Of a stretch of DNA of 64,000 nucleotides, positions 11,775-21,180 are shown one piece after another. The stretch's first letter is position 1. Each line of letters begins with the position of its first letter. The DNA is from Naegleria gruberi (Eukaryota), in assembly GCA_000004985.1 (NCBI GenBank), contig GG738885.1; one strand, written 5' to 3'. The notes beneath the pieces are model-generated. The model did no database searches. It worked only from the letters and a program-made list of their open reading frames with translations, and was not told the DNA's origin. The position numbers and the translations under genes were made by a program.

Positions 11775-12230
11775 ATGAACAGAAACCAAGCCACTTCAAC
11801 ACTTCCAAATACAACTTATCAGAAAGCAGACGAAACTTTAGATTCCCAAGTTATGATGAATGTCTTTAAAAAGAACAATAAACAAAATACACCCACCATG
11901 CAACAATACAACCAAATAATTTGGAAACGAATTGATACTCCAGTTGGTTCCTTTTTCAAAGAAGCTCCACTTTCGAATAGATCCAAACGAAAGACACAAC
12001 AAATCAGCAAAAAAGAAATGCTACAAGTGTTGCATCTTCCTCAAAATCAAGCAAGTAAATTACTCGATTGCAGTTTATCCACATTGAAGAGAAGATTCTA
12101 CGAATTGAAAGACGATTTTGGACTAAAGTCTTGGCCTCAATGTTTTGCAGAAGTGAGGCATTTGCCAATATTTCGTCAAATTTATCCAATGAGTTTAGAT
12201 TTCATATTGAATACCCATGAAAAAATGTAG
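11775..12230 (+). CDS. Small RWP-RK-like domain protein, paralogue 4
   Basis: ...ISKKEMLQVLHLPQNQASKLLDCSLSTLKRRFYELKDDFGLKSWPQCFAEVRHLPIFRQIYPMSLDFILN. Confidence 0.7.
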   Translation: MNRNQATSTLPNTTYQKADETLDSQVMMNVFKKNNKQNTPTMQQYNQIIWKRIDTPVGSFFKEAPLSNRSKRKTQQISKKEMLQVLHLPQNQASKLLDCSLSTLKRRFYELKDDFGLKSWPQCFAEVRHLPIFRQIYPMSLDFILNTHEKM

Positions 12231-12426
12231 AATTATTGTGGAAATTACCAAAATTAAATCTTTCCTTTTCTAGCTTTTAAAGTCATACTATTTGCACCTC
12301 AAAAGTTGGAATGTCTATCAAAATCATAACATTACCTATACCATGTTTGAAGCCAAATACAAACTTTTATTTAACACTTTTGGTTTCAAATGTACATGGA
12401 GTTTGAGCTCAAACTATACGAAATAA

Positions 12427-12765
12427 TTACAAATTATTACGGTGACAATGTTGCAAACATGAAATCTTGTAATCCCCAGTACTTCCAGCACAATACTTTG
12501 AACAATCAGATCCTTGTGAATCACTCAATGAAGAAATCAAATCAAGCAACTTTTTACTTGCCTTCTTCTTCAACTTTCTAATACTTGGGAACAATTTCTT
12601 GACGATTTGACTATCAGAGGAATTAGGATACATTCTACGAATAATATCTCTCAAAAGAGAAACAGAGTTGGATGATTTTTCTTGTTGTTGTTGTTGAGCA
12701 CTAACAGCACAGGCAAGCAAGAAAACCAAAGCAAGGACAATACAGAAAGAAATCTTATTCATATT
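12427..12765 (-). CDS. Small secreted Cys-containing protein (~113 aa)
   Basis: An internal Met begins a classic signal peptide, MNKISFCIVLALVFLLACAVSA. Mature part has QQQQQ, basic patches and 6 Cys. The upstream part of the 154-aa ORF is probably untranslated. Confidence 0.45.
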   Translation of the reverse strand, partial: NMNKISFCIVLALVFLLACAVSAQQQQQEKSSNSVSLLRDIIRRMYPNSSDSQIVKKLFPSIRKLKKKASKKLLDLISSLSDSQGSDCSKYCAGSTGDYKISCLQHCHRNNL

Positions 12766-13108
12766 GTTTAATTTTTTCAGAATGTTTAGAATAGAAATGA
12801 AATAGTTGTTGAAATTTAAAGGAAAATCACTATTCAACGTGCAAATTGGAAAAGAAATGTGTGTTTCAAGAGTGTACCGGTATTCTCTCATGTTCTGTTG
12901 TATTCTGGTAATATTGTCTTGATAATTGGTAAGATTACAATCAACATTGTAAATGAGTTTAATTAAACTGGTATGGATCTATCTTGTGTAGACGAAACTT
13001 TCCAATTGAGGGACAATGTTGGACCCAGTAACAGAAAGCTTATCACACAAATTATCACTCTCTAATTATCATGATAATACTTGAGTAAAAATAATTTGAT
13101 TTGAACAT

Positions 13109-14278
13109 TTATTGCTCAAAATCTGTCAGAACCTTAAAGTGAAGTAGGAAACTATCAACCTTTCCCTCCAACTCATCATAATAGTATTGATATGATAGGA
13201 ATGGGCATGGTGAATTCTTTTCACCACTCGAATAAATCTTCTTCAATGTTTTGATAAATAGATCAGATTCATATTTGATGTGTTTTCTGAATTGATTATC
13301 TTCATTAATTAAAGGAGTTTGATGTATTTTGAATTTGAATGCATCTTCATGAATTCTTTCGTCTAATAATTTACAAATACTCGTCAGTAATTTCTCACTA
13401 GTAATAAATCGATGACAATCCACAAAATTAATGGATTTTACATTATATTTCAATAATCCGACACATCTTTCCATCTCCTCTCGATTCAAATTACGTTGTC
13501 CCTCCTTTTTCAATGTAATTTTGTAACATGGAAGTACTAACTTATTTGGCTTTTCATCCCAATGTAAATAATCTTCAGATTCATTTAAATGATTTACATT
13601 CTTTGCCAAGCAATTGGCACAATTTGCAGTTTCACTTAAAATACTATTCAAAGCAACACATCCTTTCGAAAAGGCAACTAAATTCAGTTGAACATGTTGC
13701 TGATTTTCCCCAACATTTCTGCCAAATCCTTCATTCGGAAATAAATTATCCAAAATCTCGAATAGAACAGCATTTGCATTTCCCTTCACATAGAAATTCT
13801 CATATTCATAAATAAAACTCGATAAATCCAAAGTATTTGGTTGAATAATCACTAATCCACTCGTTTCTGGATACTTTCTATACAATATATCTAATACATG
13901 TTCATAATAAACCTCCATCACTCTTCCATTTTCATCATCATCAAAGCTTGACTCGAATGGATAATCCACCTGCAAATATTTCATAAAATCATTCAATCTC
14001 AATTGAATATCCCCAGGAAAAAAGATTGTATACTCCTTCTTTCCATTATTTCCATCATTCTTTTCATGATCAACAACAATATTAGTACTAATATTATTTA
14101 ATATTGAAATTTCTTCTATCCGATCATCACTACTAATCAATTTTAAATTATTGGCGGGAATCCATGAGGGAGAAAAGTAATGAACAATTTGTTGTCGATT
14201 TTCAGAGAGTTTTAATATTTTGGTTCGTATGAAGGAACCTGCTTTGCCAAAGAGAAACGTTGCAGGTGCTTTAGACAT
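13109..14278 (-). CDS. Hypothetical protein (389 aa), no domain recognised
   Basis: Long uninterrupted ORF with non-repetitive composition. Confidence 0.55.
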   Translation of the reverse strand: MSKAPATFLFGKAGSFIRTKILKLSENRQQIVHYFSPSWIPANNLKLISSDDRIEEISILNNISTNIVVDHEKNDGNNGKKEYTIFFPGDIQLRLNDFMKYLQVDYPFESSFDDDENGRVMEVYYEHVLDILYRKYPETSGLVIIQPNTLDLSSFIYEYENFYVKGNANAVLFEILDNLFPNEGFGRNVGENQQHVQLNLVAFSKGCVALNSILSETANCANCLAKNVNHLNESEDYLHWDEKPNKLVLPCYKITLKKEGQRNLNREEMERCVGLLKYNVKSINFVDCHRFITSEKLLTSICKLLDERIHEDAFKFKIHQTPLINEDNQFRKHIKYESDLFIKTLKKIYSSGEKNSPCPFLSYQYYYDELEGKVDSFLLHFKVLTDFEQ

Positions 14279-14446
14279 TTTTTTATATTAATATTTAAAT
14301 TCAATATTTAAATTCAATATTATTAATATTCCCGAACAAGAGAAATTAATAGAAAATATTCATGGAGTCCAACTCCCAGACAAAACTCCTTCAAAATTCT
14401 TGTTCCGAATATTTAATATATTTAAAATATTATTAAAAAAATTACA

Positions 14447-16159
14447 ATGAGCAAACGAGATTTAAAACCATTATCAAAATCATTGTTTAGTTTTCTTAAG
14501 AATCAAGATAGTGATGAGGAAGAAACGGATACTTTTTCTAGAATACAACCCTATGTAAATAATCATCAATATGAAACTGTTGATTTTACGGATAGGAGGA
14601 ATGAATTCTATAGATTGATGAGGAAGGGAATTATTGCTAGAATGGAGGAAAATTATGTTGAAGCTTGTAAATATTTAGATTTGGCTTTGGAGTTGGAACC
14701 CGATAATTATGAAGTTTATTTGGAGAAGAGTATTTGCCTGAGTTTATTTCATAGGTTTGTTATTTGTTTTACTCCAACAATTCTCATGTACATTATTGTT
14801 GAATTATTCAATAATATTACATCATCAAATTTATTATCATAATGATCGGAACATTTGCTTTTTGAACATCAAACAAATAATAATATTATTATAAATATAT
14901 TCAATGATTGATTCCATCATGCACATATTAAACTCATCATCATTTTCTAATTGTCTAATAATAATAATAACATTATTAGAACACTTTCATCAATAAGAGT
15001 ATTAGTACATGGTCTCAATCACTCAAAAAGAAGTTATTGGTTCAATGACAATGAAAGGGAATTGGAACGTGAATATTTCGGATGTCTTTTCAGAGGATTA
15101 ATAGAGGAAGTGAATGATCAACAGGAGGCTAGCTTGAAACTCTACGATCAAGCTTGCAAGCTTTATCCGACTGGATTTTATGCCTTGTTTTCATATGCTT
15201 ATGCTCTGGGTTCTATCTCTCTCAATCCGAGCACAACATTGGCACCAAATGTCAGAGAAAATTACATGAATCAAGCTTGTGAATATTTCAAAAAGGCTCT
15301 CACCTCTATTAGAAATTCTCCACTCCACTCTAAATTTCATACCTATTATATATGCATTCTGTATACAAATATTGCTTGGGTCATTAGAGAGAATAATCAA
15401 ATTGATGATGAGGCACTTGATTACTATTCTGAGGCCATTAAATTGAATGGCAAACATTTGAGATCCTATCTCTCTAGAGCCAGTTTATACTCTAAAAAGA
15501 GAGAAAATGGAAAATCTATTTCTGATTTTACAGCATGTATTGAAATTAAGGAAAAACAAACACCAAGATGGATTGGAATTGTGGACAAGATGAAAGTCTT
15601 CTTCAAAGATATGGAACAAGATTCACATATTATTTTCACAACCATCTATTTGTTCATGTCTAGACACTTGGTTGAGATTTTCACCATGAAATATATTGAT
15701 AATTTTCAAGTTGACACTCCAGAAACTACCATTACAACAAGTGGCACGTTGCTAAATAAGCAACAAACAAAGGATTATGAGAAGAGGTTGAGTGATCTCT
15801 ATGAAGAACGAGGAATTCAATTTTTAGATGATAACAAGATTGAGGAAGCACTACTTGATTTCACTGCAGCCAAAATCATTTGTCCATTCAGAGCTCACCC
15901 GTACATTTTCACGTACTTTATTGGAATTAATGTTATTGACAGATCAAAATGCTTTTCAATTTTGGAGAATTATTTGGAATTCATGGAATGTGAATCAAAT
16001 ATAAGAGGAGTGATTAGTGAAGAATCATTAAGCCAATTCGACATGTCTACTCTATACAAACACATTTCTCAACTCTACGAAGAACAAAACCAATCAAAAC
16101 AAGCCAAATCATCTCGCCTCAAGGAAAAACAATTACTTAATTATTCTAGAATTTGCTAA
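14447..16159 (+). CDS. TPR-repeat protein, probably 2 exons (ORFs 14447..14842 and 14951..16159 joined by an intron)
   Basis: TPR-like helices occur in both ORFs (YVEACKYLDLALELEPDNYEVYLEKSICL; ASLKLYDQACKLYP; LDYYSEAIKLNGKHLRSYLSRASLYS; EEALLDFTAAKIICPFRAHPYIF). A phase-2 donor near 14753 and the acceptor ...attattag at ~14969 give a continuous reading. The junction is not certain. Confidence 0.55.
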
Positions 16160-16386
16160 CAATCCTAATGGATCCATAATGATATAATAGATAGCAGTAG
16201 TGTGAAATATTGGTATTAGATTGAAACGAGTTAAAATCTCTTCCAAAAACAATAATGGTATATGCAGAAGAACCTCACCAAGAACTCAACAGTCTAAATA
16301 AGGCAAATAGACATGATCTCTGTAATGTATGAAAAGGCACCATTATACACAACAAACTCGCACAAGAACATAAAAAAATAGCCACA

Positions 16387-17496
16387 ATGTGTATAGTGCC
16401 AACAACCTCATTCAGCGAATTTAAAAGTATTGGAGAGGAAGAAGTAACGTCCAACAATGTATTAAGGATGAAAAGCTCTTCTTTAAAGTGCGAGCACTCC
16501 TTAATACGCAATCAGAGCTTACCAACAATAAGCATTCGACCAATCAAGCCACGACAAGTCCTCAACAACATGTTCCACCTCTTTATTGAGATGATTGTTT
16601 ACTTGATGAATGCAATGTACATGGCCACAGTATTTGATGTTGATGAATTGTTCCTCCCGATACAAAAGCAAATAGAAAGCAATCACTTTACCTCATCGTC
16701 ATTATCAATGGATAAGAAACATGCTAAGGAAAATTCTGAAATACCAACAACGAGAGAACTTCCCTTTGAAAGATTAACACAATCAGTTTCTTCTCTCCTT
16801 TCTCCGCCACGATCTCCAGTCAATAAGCAACATGATGCAAAATTATCTCCCAATAAGAGAAATTCTTCCTTCACCGACTTGTTTGCTCAATCTTCTCCTA
16901 GTCCATATTCCAATTTGATTGTCCTGAATGCACACTATGAGCAAATGATTATGGACATTAAGCAGACAAGCAATGTTCCCACCAATAACATGCCAACAAC
17001 AATTTCCACACCAATGAATTATGTACATAATAATGGGAAAGAAACAACAAGGAAAGAAAAGATTAAACAAACACCACTCACAACATGTGATTTCTTGATT
17101 CCAACCATTCAAATTGATTGTCCACCTGTTGAAGAACAGGAAATTTCGAATGTTACTCCACCAGAAACCATTTCTCTATTTGAATCTCCACAAGAACTCA
17201 ACCAAGCAAGAAGGAGGTCCAATTCGTTTTTTCCAGTTCAACCACCAGAGAAAACATTAACTCTAAATGGAACTAATGTAGATCAGCATGAAAATCCCAT
17301 TTTCATTGTAATTCCACCTGTTGAAGCTAGTAGTAATAACAATTCGAATGATTGCTTTGTTTCGAATAATGTGAATAGTGCATTATCAACATTCACAAAA
17401 CCAACCATTACGAGAAAGAAAAATTCCTTTACAAACTTGCTAAAACCAAACTTTCCTCAACCAACAATCTGTAAATTAGCTACACTGCACAACTAA
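16387..17496 (+). CDS. Hypothetical S/T/N-rich protein (369 aa)
   Basis: Long ORF, low complexity, no domain recognised. Confidence 0.4.
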   Translation: MCIVPTTSFSEFKSIGEEEVTSNNVLRMKSSSLKCEHSLIRNQSLPTISIRPIKPRQVLNNMFHLFIEMIVYLMNAMYMATVFDVDELFLPIQKQIESNHFTSSSLSMDKKHAKENSEIPTTRELPFERLTQSVSSLLSPPRSPVNKQHDAKLSPNKRNSSFTDLFAQSSPSPYSNLIVLNAHYEQMIMDIKQTSNVPTNNMPTTISTPMNYVHNNGKETTRKEKIKQTPLTTCDFLIPTIQIDCPPVEEQEISNVTPPETISLFESPQELNQARRRSNSFFPVQPPEKTLTLNGTNVDQHENPIFIVIPPVEASSNNNSNDCFVSNNVNSALSTFTKPTITRKKNSFTNLLKPNFPQPTICKLATLHN

Positions 17497-17791
17497 TAAA
17501 CTAATTTGCCAAGGTTTAGGATATTCACACGAGCATGATTCCAATATTATTCAAAAGAAAGTGATTTCCAAAACAATTTGTTGGACATTACATGTTGCTT
17601 GTATCAGTTTTGTTTGGCAATCGCTCTGTGTCGGTCAGTTTACCACCATGCGCCACATCAATGTCAATTGTCAACACTGACGACACTTAACAATTCCACA
17701 AGCTGAAAAAAAACAACTTCCAACACTCCTTTTCAAAACACATTGTTGAACTAAAACTTACAAAACCAATTGATAGCCACCAACACCCATC

Positions 17792-19666
17792 ATGGTTTCA
17801 ACTAGCAAGAAGAAGAACTCTTCTTCAAACACTTCCCTACCAAATAGTCCAGCCATTTCCATCACTTCAGTTGAAAGCAATGACATGAACAATTCACCAT
17901 CTTCTCTTCCTTCCTCTCCTTCGAATTCTTCCAATTTTTTCTCTTCTTCACCGAACAGCAAATCACCTGGTAGAAGACTTCACTTTTTTCCCGCCAAATC
18001 TCCTAAAAAAAAATCTACAACTTCCATCTCTACTGATTCACTTCATGCTGCAAGTAATACTAATCATGGTTGTGATGCGATAGGTGATTATACCTTTTCG
18101 TATGAGGCTGTGCTAGATGATGAGGAGACGAGACAGTGTTTATTGGAATATATGAGGACGATTAGATGTGAGGAAAGTTTGTTGTTTTTAGATCAGGTGA
18201 ATTCATTTCATAGAAAAAGATCAACTGCGAATAGGTGGAGTATGATACAGTCAATATTTGAACAATTCTTTTGTGAGCACTCGAAATATGAATTGAATTT
18301 ACCACAGAGAGTTAAGGATATGATGATTCACACCTATTCGGACGTTGTTGAGGAAATTGCTCATAGGAAGAGAATGAATCTTGATGAGGATACTAATAGT
18401 AGTAGTAATTCCAGATCATCATTGGAACAAGCAAATCAGCCACCACCACAACAACAAGTAAAACAAAACAAGAACAAGAATAATAATGAAAAGAGTAATA
18501 ATAATAATAGAAATTCTAAGGATGATTTGGATGTTTCACTAGGTTCTTTGGATTACATAGATTTGAGTGATTGTGAGGAGGCCCTAAAGAAGGCAGAGAG
18601 TTACATCCTCATCAACTTGAAAGAATATGTCTTTCCAAAGTTTGTCGGCTCTGATCACTTTCAAGGATTCATCTCAACAAAGAGCAAGACCTTTATTAAT
18701 ACTATTGGTACGGTGAAGGCCTTATCTCATTCGTGCTTTGTTGAATCATTGATGGACATGAGGAGGTGTGAAATTAATGTAGATCAAGTGAGAATGATCA
18801 AGAAACATGTCTTTGATACCAGATATTGGGATTGTATCTATCAGAAGGAAACAAGCTATGGTTTTATTTCTTCAAAAAAGTACATTCTTGGTGAGGACGA
18901 TCACGCTAAGGGTGTTTACTTTGCCAAGTGTGAAGTGATCTTTCCTTACTCTGCTGACCAAATTATGAATATCATGACCAATACAAAGAATAGAATTGAA
19001 CACGACAAGAATTTGGAAGATATCAAGAGAATTGGTTATAGAAACAAGTCTGGAACTACAAATTTTAATCCAAATCTGGTACATTCCAGTGATGAAGATG
19101 AGGATACACTCTCTTCCACTAGCTCTGCAATGTCTGACCTTCACGATACTGCATCTTCCAGATCTCATACATCAAATCATTCACATCAACAAACAAATCA
19201 TCATTCGCCAATATCAGGAAAAACCAAATTGGCCACCACATTAACACATGAACGATACAAGCTTGGTTGGCCAATCAAGTCTAGATATTATTTGCTCGCT
19301 CAGAGTATGGTACATGATACAACAGATAACATGTACATTATTGCAAAAAAGTCTTGCAGAATTCCAAATTATGATCCAGATGAAGGAACAAATATTGAAG
19401 CCATCAATATTGGTTGTTGGATGTTTCAACCTTTACTAGATGAAAATCAAAAGCCATGTTGTAAATACATTCAATTTGTTGGAACAGATTTGAGAGGAAA
19501 CATTCCAACATTTATCATTGAAAAGATTGTTAGAAAGAGAACTAGTAACTTTTACAAATCCACCATGAAAATGATCAAAGCTTGCGAAGAAGAGTCCACA
19601 ACAAGACCATTCGATTCAAGTGGTTATTTCGATACTCTAGATGAGAATGGCAGCATGGCTCTCTAA
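17792..19666 (+). CDS. RGS domain + START (StAR-related lipid-transfer) domain protein
   Basis: The RGS-like N-terminal part (YTFSYEAVLDDEETRQCLLEYMRTIRCEESLLFLDQVNSF...) is split by a poly-N/Q insert and resumes at LKKAESYILINLKEYVFPKFVGSDHFQGF. The C-terminal ~220 aa carry START-like motifs (...YFAKCEVIFPYSADQIMNIM..., ...GTDLRGNIPTFIIEKIVRKRTSNFYKSTMKMIKA). Confidence 0.65.
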   Translation: MVSTSKKKNSSSNTSLPNSPAISITSVESNDMNNSPSSLPSSPSNSSNFFSSSPNSKSPGRRLHFFPAKSPKKKSTTSISTDSLHAASNTNHGCDAIGDYTFSYEAVLDDEETRQCLLEYMRTIRCEESLLFLDQVNSFHRKRSTANRWSMIQSIFEQFFCEHSKYELNLPQRVKDMMIHTYSDVVEEIAHRKRMNLDEDTNSSSNSRSSLEQANQPPPQQQVKQNKNKNNNEKSNNNNRNSKDDLDVSLGSLDYIDLSDCEEALKKAESYILINLKEYVFPKFVGSDHFQGFISTKSKTFINTIGTVKALSHSCFVESLMDMRRCEINVDQVRMIKKHVFDTRYWDCIYQKETSYGFISSKKYILGEDDHAKGVYFAKCEVIFPYSADQIMNIMTNTKNRIEHDKNLEDIKRIGYRNKSGTTNFNPNLVHSSDEDEDTLSSTSSAMSDLHDTASSRSHTSNHSHQQTNHHSPISGKTKLATTLTHERYKLGWPIKSRYYLLAQSMVHDTTDNMYIIAKKSCRIPNYDPDEGTNIEAINIGCWMFQPLLDENQKPCCKYIQFVGTDLRGNIPTFIIEKIVRKRTSNFYKSTMKMIKACEEESTTRPFDSSGYFDTLDENGSMAL

Positions 19667-19858
19667 TTACAAATTACAATATAATAATATTTGAAGTAAA
19701 TCAAATAATAATAATTTGTCAGTTGCATTCCTGAAACTTATTCAACGAAATTTAATCTTTTGCAAATGGTAACTTGGTTTTATAATTGATGAAAACTGAC
19801 AAGGCCCATTTTAGAACATTTTCCATCACAATTTCATCAAACAATAATAATTTAAAAA

Positions 19859-20725
19859 ATGAAACAAGGCAGTCAAGCCGACAAATCATCACAACTCTTG
19901 TCAAAAACAAAGGATTATATCGACAAGACATTTGACACAAATTATTCACGTGATTGGAATGCCAATCAAGTGGTTTCCTGGATTAAATTAATAGGATTGG
20001 ACTCGTTCGCCAAATCCTTCTCCAAAATTAAAAATCTAAACGGTGATTATCTCTACAAGAATATTCTACAATCGGAAGAAGCCAATTTGGCATTAAATTT
20101 TAAATTTATTACCAAGTTTGGAAGTATTAGAAAATTATTTTTAAATTCTCAACAATTGAAGAATAATTTGTATCATTTGAATGCGGAAATGGTCATGAGC
20201 GAGGTGATTAAGAATCCAAATGTGCTTTCTCCCAAGAGTTTGAGTATTTTCTCTAAAAAAGAAGAAAGTTCTCTAAGTTCAGGTGGAAGTTTCGATTCAC
20301 TCTTCAAGAGTATGAGTGAAAGTAGTTTATTTGAAGACGATACCATGGATTTGATAACTACTAGTTATGGAAAAACAAGTGGGAGGAGTGAAAATTGTTT
20401 ACAAAATGTAACCAGTGATTCGTATATTGATTTTAAGGCCTTACCTTCAATTGATATTGCTTATTATTTAAAGAGGAAACGAATTTTAACATCAAAGGAA
20501 CATTTATCAATTGTTTTGCAACATGCCATTGATGGACAAGTTTTCCTCTCAATGAAAACTCGATTGGATTGGATTCAATTGTTTGTTTTTCATTATAAGG
20601 AATATTATCTGAGCCCTGAGGAGGTTGATATTGAGGCATATTATGTGAAAAATTGTAAATCAAATCTTGCTTGGCCAAATTCAGAACAAATTGAAGCTCT
20701 GAAAAATATTGTCACTTCACAGTGA
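19859..20725 (+). CDS. Hypothetical protein with SAM-like domain(s)
   Basis: WNANQVVSWIKLIGLDSFAKSFSKIKNLNGDYLYKNIL fits the SAM consensus (W..V..WL..IGL..Y...F....I.G..LL). Confidence 0.5.
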   Translation: MKQGSQADKSSQLLSKTKDYIDKTFDTNYSRDWNANQVVSWIKLIGLDSFAKSFSKIKNLNGDYLYKNILQSEEANLALNFKFITKFGSIRKLFLNSQQLKNNLYHLNAEMVMSEVIKNPNVLSPKSLSIFSKKEESSLSSGGSFDSLFKSMSESSLFEDDTMDLITTSYGKTSGRSENCLQNVTSDSYIDFKALPSIDIAYYLKRKRILTSKEHLSIVLQHAIDGQVFLSMKTRLDWIQLFVFHYKEYYLSPEEVDIEAYYVKNCKSNLAWPNSEQIEALKNIVTSQ

Positions 20726-20831
20726 GCTAGATGTCAATAATTTTGTTAAATTGATATCAAATGAAATCAAATGAAATGTAAATAATATATAAGAATTTAA
20801 ATATCTTTCAATATTATCATGGCTGATTAGT

Positions 20832-21167
20832 TTGTCCCAGCGGAAAGTGAACGAATCAAAGTGGAAAAAAATGACTTCGGAAAAACCTTTCAGACTTCAC
20901 ATCTGTACCACGATTTTCATTGTCTTTCTCATCTTTTTCTTCCCACCTCTAGCAGTCTTCTACATGCTAATTATTTTCCCCATGTTTCATTCAGAGTTTC
21001 GTCAAAAATTACGAAACTTGGGAACTTTTTGGTCGGAGCAAGATCCAAGTCATCCATGCGTGCATGTCATGATTTGTCTGTTGGGAACTTGTTTGTGTTA
21101 TGTTCCTGGATTATTATACTGTTTTTATATTACTTTTGCATTCTTGATTCACACAGAAGGAAAATAA
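20832..21167 (+). CDS. Pmp3/UPF0057 (Rci2/Lti6-type) hydrophobic proteolipid, long-loop variant
   Basis: FFPPLAVFYM and GYVPGLLYCFYI match the two conserved TM motifs of the Pmp3 family (FLPPLAVF...GYIPGIIHA). A ~50-aa insert separates them. Confidence 0.55.
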   Translation: MSQRKVNESKWKKMTSEKPFRLHICTTIFIVFLIFFFPPLAVFYMLIIFPMFHSEFRQKLRNLGTFWSEQDPSHPCVHVMICLLGTCLCYVPGLLYCFYITFAFLIHTEGK

Positions 21168-21180
21168 ATGTTTCGAATAT

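Noticed and set aside
17625-17690. Imperfect inverted repeat gtgtcggtcagt...actgacgacac upstream of the RGS-START gene
   Set aside because: It is short and imperfect, and could arise by chance. I note it as a possible regulatory element but do not call it a feature.
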